Below, one piece after another: positions 13,320 through 26,298 of a DNA stretch of 44,946 nucleotides. The position numbers and the translations under genes were made by a program. The notes under the pieces are model-generated. The model ran no database searches. It was not told where the DNA came from and saw nothing but the letters and a program-made list of their open reading frames with translations. Origin of the DNA: Phoronis australis (taxonomy: Eukaryota > Animalia > Phoronida); contig NMRA01000250.1 in NCBI GenBank assembly GCA_002633005.1, forward strand, positions 367,140 through 412,085, read 5' to 3'. The first letter of the stretch is position 1, and every line of letters begins with the position of its first letter.

Positions 13320-14011
13320 CTATAATCACAAAGAATATAATTGGTACCTCATGTTTAACTGCATCCATTCCCTGTTAGTGGTACTACTGCTTTCTGGTGA
13401 GTAATTATCATTTATGGTGGGTTCAGTCAATAGGGTCATACACAAAGTGGCTAATTGGACAAACCCAAAGTTCAAACTTGGATGTGTAAACTTATTGTAC
13501 ACAAAACAATTGAAATTTTTCTCAGTGCACTGCGGTTCTTACAATCAGAATACCAAGAGCAAGCAATATCAGTACTGACACCACTGTCACTGGGACAAGT
13601 GTTTGGAGCAAATGGTCATCTGTACATATATTACACAATTGGCAGTTGAAATCAGCTGACCACACGTTGCCTGAGACAGAGATCTTTGTCAACTTCCTCT
13701 CAATAACATTGAAAACAGTTCCCAGCAAATGTCCCTAAAGTAAAGGTATGTATAACAAAGCCTCACTAACCAAAGTACCTGATTGAATTATAACTGAGCT
13801 GATAAGGAGATACTGAGCCCCTAAAAATTTCTGAGTACCTACCCAAAATAAACATTTCATGCTGTACATTTGAGTGGCCTGGCTGAGTGCAGCAATACGG
13901 TACCCATGTTCGCTTATTAGACTGTGTGCGCTTAAACAGACAATCTGGTGCATATTTTACAAAAATGCAAAATATTCAAAGACTTAAAAAAAAACACATG
14001 ATGATACTTGC

Positions 14012-14119
14012 ATTTAAGAGTGGAATTCCTAGCAACCGCACACTTTGTAAAGATGGAAAGTGGTTGAGCTTTTCAAGTTGCTCCCATTCGTTAACCGATG
14101 TCTTGGTGATGTTTAAATT
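14012..14119 (-). CDS. TBCEL: TBCEL coding exon 5 (NLNITKTSVNEWEQLEKLNHFPSLQSVRLLGIPLLN)
   Basis: tttttag|AAT acceptor; VRLLGIPLL is typical of TBCEL. The 3' boundary is best explained by a GC donor (AAT|gcaagt); an alternative GT donor lies at 14008. Confidence 0.88.
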
Positions 14120-14911
14120 CTAAAAAATCAGCATAATGTATGTAAAGCTTCTAGACATTCAATAACATTGCACTAACAACATCTTTGTTCCAATTATTCC
14201 AGATGACAGCTATATTTTCAAATGCAGACGTCAATCTCATCTATTGTTAAGCTCGCCCAGTATCATGTAAACTAATCTGCATGCCAATTATCTACGTTTC
14301 AAACAGGTACAGTAAAATAGCACCAATTTCAACGAAAAGTAATTACCAAAACCTCTCTTTTGATTTGTCAATGGCTTCTAATATTGCTTCCTATACCCAT
14401 AATTATATAGAGTCTGACCATAATATGATAGTGTGGGACAATGATTTAAAAACAATGCCGCAAGCATTAATTTGGTGCTATTTATATGTAAAAAATGAAA
14501 AAAAAAAATTTTGACTTCTCCCACATAGTGTGTCCTAAAATGGGGAAGTCATTTCTAACGCGTTAACTGTAGAGTTCGACTCAAACAAAACTTAGATCAG
14601 CCTTCTTGATAATGTGGGCTGTAGGTGCACTTAATCTGTTCTCATACTTACTTCTCTTAAGATAAAGTACAATGTACATTGGAATGAGCCGTGTTTCTTA
14701 TCGTAAGTAAGTGAATTTAAGGGACATAAATCTTGGTGTATTTATCAATACTTGTCTAAAGAAGCATAATGAATTTCTCCAATTCAGTAGCCATCCCAGA
14801 GAAGAGAAGCAGTGAAATTCCAATGAGATCTTTCTCCACTGTTGAGCGTTCCCACAGCCCAATGTCAGGAATAACGTTACTTAAACCAAAATTCCGAGTT
14901 GAATCTCATAC

Positions 14912-15143
14912 CTTCAGCGACGGAAAGGCTTGCTGGATTTCTTCAGCGCTCGCATCGAGTTCCGATATCCCCGTTTCTGCTAAAATCAAGGTTGTTAGTG
15001 TCGGAAACAGCTGACCCAATTTGACGACCTCTCGCCAGTCTGTGATCTGGTTGGCGTTCAAATGTAGTATTTGTAAGCTGTTGTGAGTTCTGTCCATATT
15101 GATACAGTGGTAATCATTCAGGCTGAGGTGGAGCTCTTTCAAA
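14912..15143 (-). CDS. TBCEL: TBCEL coding exon 4 (LKELHLSLNDY...LQILHLNANQITDWREVVKLGQLFPTLTTLIL...FPSLK)
   Basis: ttgtcag|T acceptor, AAG|gtatga donor, 232 nt, phase 2->0. LRRs visible in ORF 14906..15316. Confidence 0.93.
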
Positions 15144-15836
15144 CTGACAAAGAAAAGCAAAAATAATCCGTCGGTTCTTTCTAAGCCTAACAACCACCTA
15201 TAACTTGACAACAACCAACAAGTCAAGATCAATTTCAAAACCAAAAGTGCTCTAAATAAAAAGTAGTTTTTGTTCTGGAAGGCAGGTTTACAGCCAGTTA
15301 AAGCTATGAACGCCATTTATTACATTCTCACCATCAAAATAACCACGATGAACTGCAAGTGGCGCTGTTCACAAAGCATTCTATATTGCCACTTTGCCAT
15401 AAAGCATCTTGCAACATGTATCGAAAAATGGCTATTACAGAATAGGTTGAGACCACACGTGTTGCTTTTCGCAAATCTTGACCATTCACATCATAAGATG
15501 CGGCATTTTGGATTTTACATTCACCAAGATCAGTAGCTTATTGTTATTGTCCAACAGTTGTTAAAAGTTTTTGACAATATGTTTGTAGGACAGGGATGTT
15601 TTTGATAAAAAATATAATTTTCATAACCACTACTGACAACTTACTGGCTATGATAAAAAATCTCCAATTTTGTACATCGCCCTGACAGAATTTTATTTTC
15701 AGGACTTTATCAATAAGAATAAAACCATGTGAAGTAAAGCAGTAAGCCTATGAAATATAGAATAATTTTATAAACTTTTTTCAACTAAATTGAAGACCAC
15801 TCAATCCACAGTACTTGGATTTTTCGTAGATAAGTC

Positions 15837-15980
15837 CATGGGTGTATATTCGGAAATGAAAAATTTTAGGCGTTTTATTATCACCAAACAAAGGGCAATG
15901 GGCGTCAATTTGGCATAATTTTACGAATAAACGCCTATGGGCATTTCATCGGGTGGGCTTATCTACGGAAAATTATGGTA
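15837..15980 (-). mobile_element. Tc1/mariner-pogo-like MITE end
   Basis: Reverse complement starts TA-ccataattttccgtagataagcccaccc, a pogo/Tigger-like TIR pattern. The other end was not found. Confidence 0.4.
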
Positions 15981-16016
15981 TGTAGAAGCAGATTCTTGGT
16001 ATAATTGTTTGTTGGA

Positions 16017-16228
16017 CATTTTTGGACAATATAATGGAGGAGTCCATTTAATGTGGGAGCAAGTTATAACTCTTATTTCCTGGCCATTTTTGGACAATAT
16101 AATGGAGGAGTCCATTTAACGTGGGAGCAAGTTATAACTCTTATTTCCTGGCCAGTTTTGGACAATATAATGGAGGAGTCCATTTAACGTGGGAGCAAGT
16201 TATAACTCTTATTTCCCGGCCAGTTTTG
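16017..16228 (+). repeat. 68-bp tandem repeat x3
   Basis: ggacaatataatggaggagtcc recurs at 16024, 16092 and 16160. Confidence 0.95.
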
Positions 16229-17148
16229 ACGCTGCTCCCAAACCAAATTCTAAAAATTTTTGATATAAAGACAGATATGTCCAATGGAAAAACAAAAATA
16301 GCAAGAAACTGAGTACAGACAGCAAAGGTAGGTTTGTAACGTGAGCCAACTGGACAAACTGAGAGATGAATTCCATCATGAGTGTGATGCTGCCTCCAAG
16401 ATTTTCACAACAGAAAATTGGATTAAGATGAGCTGTGTAAGAAACCATCATGGATGCCTGCATTGGAATTGCTTCCAAATTTATCATATTTCCCTGATCT
16501 TGAAACAATGTCCAACCAAGAAAATGCAATTATTCAAGCCAAGAATTGTATGGTGACACTTGGCTTATACCTCAAAATCCAACTACTGTCTGGAGGCTTG
16601 GTAAATGGCCAGATCATGTTGCACACCCAGTAGAATTAATGAGGAACATAATATTGCAACATTAGACAAACATTTTAGATTCTAAACGTCACATTCTTTG
16701 TCCAATCTTCGAAATTCAACAGCCTTCTAACTATACATGCTTTTCATGAACTATTCAAATATGCTATTTACAAACCTTCAAAATGAAAGTTTAAAAATAT
16801 TATTGTCGCCCCAAATGTGTTTATGATGGTATCATTATCTAGACAAGACCTACAATATCAGCAGCCTGAGGCAATTTAATGAACCACAACAGCATGTAGG
16901 CTTTTAATCTGAACCAGCAAATTCTGTGGTGAGCAAACTGGTTGAGTTGCCCAATCTCGACCAGTTACGGTGTCAATGTAGGTTTCTGTTCCTGTTACTG
17001 GCAGGTATCTATGCTGACAGACAGACAATTTTCTCTTTCTAAGTTCAAAAAAACAAAAAGCAAACTCTGTCCCCATTAACAGCAACTACAGCGTAATATC
17101 GGGTCCTCTGAGACAAAGGTAAAATAAAGGAATTACACCAACCCTTAC

Positions 17149-17336
17149 TTTGGCATACAGCTCAACAGGAACTGGACCGTGTCCCAAGATGACCTAGTTT
17201 TGTTTAGCACCAGCGACCTCATTTGTATGTAAGACCTACTACTGTTTGTACAAGGGATCTCTGTTAACTGGGACAGCGGGTTTGATGTTAGATTAAGGAA
17301 CTCAAGCTTTGGTAGATTGTCAAGAATGGTGAAAAT
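17149..17336 (-). CDS. TBCEL: TBCEL coding exon 3 (IFTILDNLPKLEFLNLTSNPL...RSLVLNKTRSSWDTVQFLLSCMP)
   Basis: Not in the ORF track; translated by hand. ttcag|ATT acceptor, AA|gtaagg donor, 188 nt, phase 0->2. LRR motif LEFLNLxSNPL. Confidence 0.92.
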
Positions 17337-19403
17337 CTGAAATTAAGACGATATCAGATTAAGCAATGCCACAAACATAGGAGGAAAGAGCTGGTTCCAA
17401 GAGGCAGAATCTTCTGTTACAGATACAGTATAGTGTAGAAGCCAGCTTAAATATGTCCACACTACAAGTTGTAATAGAAAAACTCGCCCGGCAAGGGCAA
17501 TTTTCCCCCGTCTGGCCAAGCGTCCAGACTACCACACCCTACAAGTCACGACAAACCTGACACAAATAGGACTAGACACACACATGTAACTGGGCAAGGG
17601 CACAGTGGATACTTCCTCTTTGTCTACAGGTTTGCGTCCACATAGCGACTTGGAAACTGAGGCAAGTCACTCCAGAACAAGTTGCCTACCTTCAAATTGT
17701 GTGCCAAGTTGGCCCAGCATAGATAACAAACATACAACTATAATTAAACTGAGCAACAACTTGTTCTAGGGGTTGACACACACACATCCGAGCATGAGGT
17801 CAAAACACAACAGGACGTAAACAGGCGATGTCAGAATTGTTTGTCTAAAAACAGAATGGCTCGATGATGACTCATGTATAGACAACAAAGATTGGCTGCT
17901 TTTCCCTAAGGTAGGAGATGAGTCTCCATAGGACACTGAACCCAAGGGAGATAATTGGGGGTTACTAAGCTCCCAACGTACCCCTAATTTTCCGTTCAAC
18001 TAAAAAACTGTGCCATTTCCAAAGGCCTGGGCTTTCACACCTGTCATAAACGATTTGTGACCTCATTTCCTGTTTCTGTTTGGTGACCTGAGAATTTTGC
18101 CAGGTTGTATTTGGTTATTAGCTGATTTCATGCTATATATCAAACCCTTGTGTTAGTCCCTGCTATTAGTACGTTACTGGGTAAAAAATGACAACCCCAA
18201 TGTATATAATGACACGCAACACAACGGTCCACTGATTGACTGCAAAACTCAAGTTGAAAAGGCTCGTTTGACATCACCAGAAAAATTGACTATGACAAAA
18301 ACCAACTAACCTATAAAACCAAATAGCTTTAACAATGAAATTAACCATGAAATTTCTGTGTTCCCTTGTTTTGGCTTTTATTGGCAACTGTGTAATTCTT
18401 TGGCACAAAAAATAATGGTGTAATTATTTAAAACTTTATTGTCTCAGCTGAGCAAGGACAAAGGTGTGGGATTCTGTTGCCTTACTTTACAATCAGATTG
18501 TTGGATTTAACTACAACAAAATATACATCTACGCTGGATTTTAATGGACAGAAAATATACAAAGAAAAAAAATGAAACAAGGGGTATGTGATTGTTGTTT
18601 GCCACGCTTGTGTTCTTGTGTCATGTAAAATTACCGTGATTATGATTGGTCAGTTCATTTGCAACTCTTTGTCACGCACTTCGAACTGCATTCATAGTTG
18701 TAAGAAATCATGTGCATTTGAGTACTGCTGGAGTGCGGTTGTGCCATGAGAGCAAAATGATGCAAATCAACTTTTTATCTTCATCAAATTGTACTGCAAA
18801 TATTTTGCTTAATAACTAAGATTTAGTATGTACCGTAGTTCAAGCAAGCTATTTTTTAGTGAACTGAGGTTGTTATTTTCCTTGCAGTTCACCGTTTTTG
18901 ACATATTGCGATCAGACGTTTGCTGCATGTCAATATAGGAGTATGAAATCAGTTCACAGACATTTTGTAACCAACCACCGCCTTACAGTATCTAGAATAG
19001 TTTGTAATACGCAGTGTCTGGAGTAGATAGAGAATAGTGACTTAGAAAATGTAGCTTTGCATTGTTATTAAATATTTCACTGTAGACCAGCTATTTGTAA
19101 AACTGTCCAATTCTAAATTTTTGGAATAAATGCATTTCTCTTAATTAATACAGATGTAGTTCTTTTTGCAATTAAATTTGAAAGTTTACCTTTGCTGGAG
19201 ACGCCGCTTACTATAAGTGAAATTTGGAAACTTTGCCGAATGTTGCTTTTTTGACATTTACACACTAAAATCCAAGCTAATCATCCACAATGTTACAAAT
19301 GCTTTATTTTTATTGAGAAACTTGATGAAACCGACTTTCACTTTTCCGCCACTGACAATATCAAGCGCTAAAACTGTGAGGAATTGCCATTGGGCTACTT
19401 TAC

Positions 19404-19549
19404 CTGACTCCATTCTTGCAAACTATTCAACGTTAGATCCAGCTCAACTACGTGAGAACACAGCTCTTGAAGGTCTGCCATATTGCCTGCCTGACAGATG
19501 TTCTGGTTATCCAGGGTGAGGATGTTGGGAACGGACTGACAAGAGTTTC
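19404..19549 (-). CDS. TBCEL: TBCEL coding exon 2 (NSCQSVPNILTLDNQNICQAG...LCSHVVELDLTLNSLQEWSQ)
   Basis: Acceptor tcctccag|GA, donor CAG|gtaaag, 146 nt, phase 1->0. LRR segment matching the TBCEL CxHVxELDLxxNxLxxW pattern. Confidence 0.92.
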
Positions 19550-19842
19550 CTGGAGGACAGCGCAACAAGGAGAATATTGGCAATAATCACAAGTGTAAAT
19601 TGAAAACTGTACACATCAAAAATCTTACAATTGGCACAGCAACTGAAAATTTAATATTTCAAAAACAAATAAAAACAGAAGCAATATTTCAATACAATCA
19701 TCATCAGACAAAAGAGAACAAAAGTGTCAAAGAGTTGTGGCAATGACTGGTTCATTGTTCGTCTCGTGGCCCTGGTTTATTGGAATCATGCATTTGGCAC
19801 TTTTTTCTTTTGCCTTATGATGCTCTGGTGTGACAGAGTTAA

Positions 19843-21523
19843 AGGAGCATGCCACCCAAAACCAACCTAATATGTATCAATTTAAATCGAGTAGCTCTAC
19901 TCCATAACGACACGTACGGTTGCGTTACCTGACACCTGACAGTAGACGAAGGTGTTGAAATTATCCAATGACGTCATCGGTTTCACACGCATTCTGTTCA
20001 GCAGTTCACAACACGGGTTACTGGTGTCAGCTTATCGCTTGAAGACATCGTTTAACACCAACAAATCATCAAACTTCAATGTAAAATCCTTAAAAATACA
20101 CCGAGTTCTTATAAAAACGTGTTGTTTTATTTCGCTCTTACGGATTTATTGGTATTTGGATACACCGTAGCCTACAAAGTTCGGCACGCTAATAAGGTCC
20201 CGTAGCAGGAGTTTGGGGTCTGTTCGGAGATAATTTCGAAGTATTTTCCGTGAGATACAGACAGGAGAACCTGGATCTGTGTTGTTTAGACTTGTGATTT
20301 TTTGAGTTCTTAACACAAAACACTTGTTATCCTGGCCAGTGGCTCGGAGCCCGATCAGACCCATCGCGGCCGGCCGGATTGACTCGTTATCCCGCCAGGG
20401 CGGGTGGCTCGGAAACTGATCAGACATCACGAACATAAACCAGCCAAAGTTCAGTGGAAACTAAACTTCCAGTAAAAAAAATACTATACTAGTGAGCCAA
20501 AGTAATGTTCACGTGATTATGTTGGCGAATTAGCCACGAAACTGCAAATCTACTTACTCGTCGGGGGCCGCGAATTCAGGTTCCGCTTTGGCCACAGCAC
20601 CGCCGGTCAGGGCAGAAGTTGTACATTGACAATCATTGTTTGAGTAAGGTAAATCTAAATAAAGATTCCCCAAACACCTGGCCGTGGGATGGAAATCGAG
20701 CAGTTTCACAACAGTTTCTGCCAGCAAACACTAAATTAGCATGAGCTCACACGGCCTCGGTGTCCCGTCAATGAGTTTTATTGCAGCTAAAGCCGGTAAC
20801 GCAGTGATTTATTCATTGCTGGCTTCTCAAATCATTTGCACTCACGAACACTCCAAAGGCATTACAAATTCCATCTAATGAGACAGACTTTGTTTCAGTT
20901 TGGTTAGGGTGAGAATAATTCATTTTGAAACAGAATGCAAACCGCCAACATGGCATCTCGCAATCCCCAGGCCGACTTGGACGAGCTAGAGCTCATCAGT
21001 CCCGACTTCCCAGGTGGATCGTTAAGTTTTACAGGCTATCAATTCGAACAGGAATACAGTGATGAAGAAATACTAGAGATGCGCCGTGAACAAGCTCAGA
21101 CACTGAACGGAACGTATGGAGTTATTTGGTAAGCCGGCATTCGTCAGGCACTGTCGACGTCTGCAGGCCACAGACACGGAGATGTTTCATGGCCTCATAC
21201 TTGCTATTTACAGCGTACATTTCATTCTTCACTCCCATGAGCCACTTCCTAAGCATTTTGGACTCTCGAGGAAGTAAAAAAAAAAAACGATATACCCGCT
21301 TTCCTCACAGCTGCTTAGGTCAGACAAACGGGAACAATGCACAGCAACATAGCAGCATTCACTCTGCACATGAACCACTGACGTCGCTAGTGTCGTTTCT
21401 CACCTTCCTCACAGGTTAACGCGACACCTCTAGGAAAGGTAAGGTCGACCGTATGCGAGGCCATGTGGATATAGATCGATTAAGACGGCAAAAAAGACTA
21501 ATTAAATCGGGTGGCATTCTCCT
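19843..21523 (-). mobile_element. Non-autonomous Kolobok-type DNA transposon, copy 1 (TBCEL intron)
   Basis: TTAA on both sides (19839-42, 21524-27). TIRs aggagcatgccaccc / gggtggcattctcct match 14/15, with AG...CT termini. Decayed THAP stub on minus (LPRESKMLRKWL...KHLRVCG). Colinear with 34539-36194. Confidence 0.85.
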
Positions 21524-21942
21524 TTAAACGTTGCATTAATTGTGTTTCTAAAGTATGAAGTTTTCAGCAGCTTCACTGGTTTGTAAGACTTTTAATAAAT
21601 ACTTTGGCCAAGAACTAAATGTAATATGTAAATAGAAAGACAAAAAGCTACATTATAACACCAGAGATCATTACCTGCAAATTTGGGTAAATCGATATTT
21701 TTGAAACCCATGTAAACTGATACACTGATGGTTCAGCTGTATGTTTGTACTTCGTCGCTAAATGTGACGATTCTTATGATATGCATGCGACAAAGCATTT
21801 AGACTTTGTGCTGAAATTGCAAAGAAAATTTCAATGCTTTCTTTGCATCACAAAATAAGTCACAGAGAACGCAACAAAAATCAGTCTATGAAATAGTCAA
21901 TTGAGGCCTTTCAAAAATTCTATCATAAGAAACTGCTCATAC

Positions 21943-22090
21943 CTTGTGAGGGGACATATATTTCAACAAAGGACGTCTTGCCAGCCAATTCATTTTCATC
22001 CAGATATTTGTCTTTTATAACATCAATCATGGTTTGCCCACAGGTGGCAACATCAACAGCACAGTCCATGTTGGCGGTGGCAGCAGTCAT
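21943..22090 (-). CDS. TBCEL: TBCEL coding exon 1 (MTAATANMDC...GQTMIDVIKDKYLDENE...YVPSQG)
   Basis: Peptide resembles the TBCEL N-terminus. Donor CAAG|gtatga at 21943 is phase 1, matching the next exon. ATG 22090 chosen because of the acceptor ttctcattgtctag|G at 22130 and the aaaATG context. In-frame ATGs at 22162, 22069 and 22030 are alternatives. Confidence 0.8.
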
Positions 22091-22264
22091 TTTGAGTTTT
22101 CCGTTTTTTCTTGCGTGTTTAACCTTTGACCTAGACAATGAGAACGGGGAAGGTTCACCCATGCATTCTTTGCATCAAAAACACTCTATGTTGAAAGTCT
22201 TGTCAGTACGCCATCTGTTAGCCAAATCACATGACCAAATGAATATAAGTCTAAAAAGATTTCT

Positions 22265-22306
22265 GTCCTCGACTGGGACTCAAACCTAGGACCTTACTAA
22301 CCATGC
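22265..22306 (-). mobile_element. tRNA-SINE B-box fragment related to the 4431 SINE
   Basis: Minus strand aaggtcctaggtttgagtcccagtcg versus aaggtcttgggtttgagtcccactgg at ~4475-4500. Confidence 0.4.
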
Positions 22307-22868
22307 AGGCCATATTGAGATTGGCATTCATATACAAAACAAACTAGTTCTCCGCTTAAATCACATAACTGTAAAATATACGGATAAACGGTAATTAAAA
22401 AAAAATCATAATGCCCTTAGTTAGTTCCTCATTACCAGTTTAGTTTTGTTTTTGTTAGTAAACAACACAGGGCATAATTCTGGCATTGGTGAAAGAATAT
22501 CAAAACAAGATTGACCTACTTGAACATGCTTAGCATTGGAGGATAAGCTTTCCTCAACTTCCATTACTGCTGGTTGATGACCACTGGTAATTGGCCCATT
22601 ATGTTGCATGCCCAGCAGAATTAAGAAAGCAGACCAGTAAGGACTAATTCTTAGTTTTAGCTAGGAACCAATATTGGTTCCTAAGTTTTAGGTACATTTT
22701 TAAAGCCACATTTCTTGTCCCATTTTCAAAATTCAAAACTTTAACCATGTGTACTTTTCACGAAATATTCAATGCTATTTGAAGACTTTGTTAAAAATGA
22801 AAACTTAAATACTAATTGTAATATTTTGTGTACAATCAATACGAAGGCAAACAAGACTTGTTTCTATT

Positions 22869-23090
22869 AAATATAAGTATCTATTAAATGAACTGAACAG
22901 TATGATGTGCAAAGCATGACAGATAAATATAAGTATCTATTTAATGAACTGAACAGTATGACGTGCAAAGCATGACAGATAAATATAAGTATCTATTAAA
23001 TGAACTGAACAGTATGACGTGCAAAGCATGACAGATAAATATAAGTATCTATTAAATGAACTGAACAGTATGATGTGCAAAGCATGACAG
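22869..23090 (+). repeat. 56-bp tandem repeat x4
   Basis: Units start at 22869, 22925, 22981 and 23037. Confidence 0.97.
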
Positions 23091-24075
23091 AGGCTACACA
23101 GCTACTAGCATGCACTATAAACATAATGTGTCTGATCATAACAACATGGCTGTAACCCGAGTTGCCAATCACTGAAATCGGGAATTTAAATAAGTTTTTG
23201 ACACGTTCGTAAAAAGTACACATGGTTAGGTTTTGAAATCAGACAAACAATTAACTTTTGCAGTCTAAAACTTTTGAACAATGTTGCCAGTATTCTGTTC
23301 TCATTAACTCTACGGCGTTTGTACAACACAATTGAGCCAATTATTAATTAAGCCAGTAGACAGCAGTTGGATTTTGAGGTAAGCCAAGTGTCATGATACA
23401 ATTCCTGGCACGGAGAGGAGTGAGCCCATGGCCTTAAGTGACAGCTGTCACTTATTAACAAAAACTAGCATGGGAGGATATCTGGAGGCACTTGTATGAT
23501 ATGTGTCCCTTGGACTTTCTGTTTGTGAACTGGCATGATTCGAGTCAGGTAACTTCCTCAAAATGGAACCCGTCCAGGGAAGCTTGAGTGAAATTCGACA
23601 GATTTTCATAGGTATGTTCAAATTACATTGAATTGGGGAGTTCTCCCATTTATGACTTTACCAGACTTATGCCTGTGTTATGTATTCCAGTGAAGTCCTT
23701 GGCATATCAAAGGCTAATGGCGCCATCATGGATTGAAATGTCAAGCTAGTGGCCATTCATGGGCTTAATTGGCCGAACGTGTTGGATGAGATAATTATGG
23801 TCATAAACCAACATGCATGTTTAGCGTACAAGTTACAAAGTAAAAAACAAACAAGTAAGGCAAACAACCAAATGATTGTTTTCAAAATTGAAATATAAAT
23901 AGTAGCAGTCTTTGAATTTTTAAAATCGATGCATTACAAGACAAATTAGAGAATAGGTTTACTTCAGCATCGCAGCTAAGTTACAAGCATAAATTTGTGA
24001 ATTGATTATGATGGGTCAGTCACAGTATGACTTAAGCTTACTTATGTGTTGGGGTAACAAAAGCTCAAATGTTAG

Positions 24076-24349
24076 TGTTGGAGTTGTCTCATGAAGAGAG
24101 TCATGTTGGAGTTGTCTCATGAAGAGAGTCATGTTGGAGTTGTCTCATGAAGAGAGTTATGTTGGAGTTGTCTCATGAAGAGAGTCATGTTGGAGTTGTC
24201 TCATGAAGAGAGTCATGTTGGAGTTGTCTCATGAAGAGTCATGTTGGAGTTGTCTCATGAAGAGTCATGTTGGAGTTGTCTCATGAAGAGTCATGTTGGA
24301 GTTGTCTCATGAAGAGTCATGTTGGAGTTGTCTCATGAAGAGAGTTATG
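24076..24349 (+). repeat. 28/26-bp minisatellite x10 (tgttggagttgtctcatgaagag[ag]tca)
   Basis: Direct reading; a block of 26-bp variants lies in the 3' half. Confidence 0.97.
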
Positions 24350-25576
24350 GAGTACGTGCTTATTAACTCACTGCATACATCATGCTTCATGATGTTATTT
24401 GACGCATTTTGAAATGAGTAAATTTGTAATTGCCTAATGACATGCAACAGGCTTTGCAAGACTTGATTTTTCATGCCGTGAATAATTTGCTGGCAAGGAA
24501 AACACATATTTCTACAGGTATGTGTGAATTTTCACCACTGCTATTTCAACCTTCTTTTAAGCGGCTATCACCTGGATCAAAGAGAGCACGGTGCCAGAGT
24601 AGGACACAGTAGTGATGACCGCATTGTCCAGTAAAAACATGATGCAATTCAGTGTAATTACCAGGCCATTAACTGTAGTAAATATCTGTACAGTCTGGCG
24701 AATTTTCAAAATGCATAAACCAATAATTTTCGTTAAAAATGAACATTGCCACAAAATTCAGCTGGAAAAACAACATAGCATGGTTTTCGATTTTTAAATA
24801 TCGATGAACACATGAGAAAAAACTACAAACATTGGTTACAGATTGAAGATAACAACTGTACGTATTGATATAATACTCGCAGGATTTACAAACACTGATC
24901 ACAACAATACCACGTGGTTTATTCTTTTAGTATACAAACTGCACTACATTATGACAAATAGAAATAAAACATTGATCAAATTAGATACCAATATTTTTTA
25001 AGACAGCGCTTATCGCCCAGTTATGTCGAACTAGGAGTAGCAAGCTAATCGGAAAACTGTGATATTCGGAAATCAGGTGGCAATGAAACACGCGACGTGA
25101 ACCATCATAACTATGGCTAGCTTCAAAGTCAATGAGAAAATCCAAACAACAGATGAGGTGGGTCGGTAGGCTACAGCTGACTTCTAAGTTTCAATGACGA
25201 TCAAAATCTGCCCGCACTGTTTTGACACTTAAAGATTAAACATAAAATCAATATAGCAATGCGCATGCGGCAGAAAACAAACAATTTTAACTTTAAAAAG
25301 TAGACTGGAATATTAAAAATAATTGCAAGACAAAAACAGTATGAAACATAGTTTAAATCAATGATTGTTTGGCAAACTACCTTTGTCAAGATGAACCCAA
25401 GTTAACCTCCAGTTTTTAGTTAATTTGTAATATCAAAAGTATGTTGTCAAACCCGTACGTACTTTTGACACTTTCAGGCTCTAACTCTCTGCAAGAATTT
25501 CAGAGAAGAGCTATGATAACACCACCAGAAAAAGTAGTGCTACGATTACCTTTCTGCTTCATTAGCTTGAATACAA

Positions 25577-25882
25577 AGGGGGGCAGGGGGGCCAAGGGGG
25601 GCATCGTCCCCTAAAATTCTCCCAGATTCCATTGGTAGTTCGGCAATGAGAATGTCTGACGGGCAAAATCCTAGGTAATACTCTGCCCTGGTCCCCCTTA
25701 CTCAAAATCCTAGGTAATAGTCTGCCCTGGTCCCCCCTTACTCAAAATCCTGGGTAATACTCTGCCCTGGTCCCAACTTACTCAAAATCCTGGGTAATAC
25801 TCTGCCCTGGTCCCCCCTTACTCAAAATCCTGGGTAATACTCTGCCCTGGTCCCCCCTTACTCAAAATCCTGGATCCGGCAT
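25577..25882. repeat. GC-ended MITE carrying a ~40-bp tandem array x5 (25665-25872)
   Basis: Unit aaaatcctgggtaatactctgccctggtccccccttactc; ends cctggatccggcatg. A single-unit relative lies at ~43108-43155. Confidence 0.85.
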
Positions 25883-26298
25883 GATTATAAAAGTTGTCTG
25901 AGGGCAAAGAGAATTTCAAAGGTGACCCACTGTGTAGTGAGACCTTGGAATTTAGTACAACTGCAAGCGAGAAATTCTCCACACTGAGCTAGGCACAGGT
26001 GGATTCATGGATTGAGTGGAATCCAATGTTGCAAAAAATATCATGGTAATCATTTACAATGATTGTATCACTCACGAGTCATTAGTCACTATTTGATGAC
26101 CCAACACTGCAGTCGACAGGATGCATTCTAAGTTCAGTTTTGCACTTTTGCAGGAGGCAATCGTTCGTTTCGTCTGCACCAGTCAAAGACTTTCCCGTGC
26201 ATAATCAGGCAAAAACTGAGCGAAAACTATCGACAGAGATAGCACTGAGAACAGGATAATTTCAATCAAAAATCAGCATATGACATTCTGAAACCCAT

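Noticed and set aside
22091-22162. N-terminal extension of TBCEL from ATG 22162 (MGEPSPFSLS...)
   Set aside because: It overlaps a good pyrimidine tract and AG acceptor at 22130, so it is more likely intron/UTR. It cannot be excluded without transcripts.
24076-24349. CRISPR-like appearance of the 28-36 bp repeats (also at 4487 and 9223)
   Set aside because: Units are contiguous with no unique spacers, there are no cas genes, and the context is eukaryotic.
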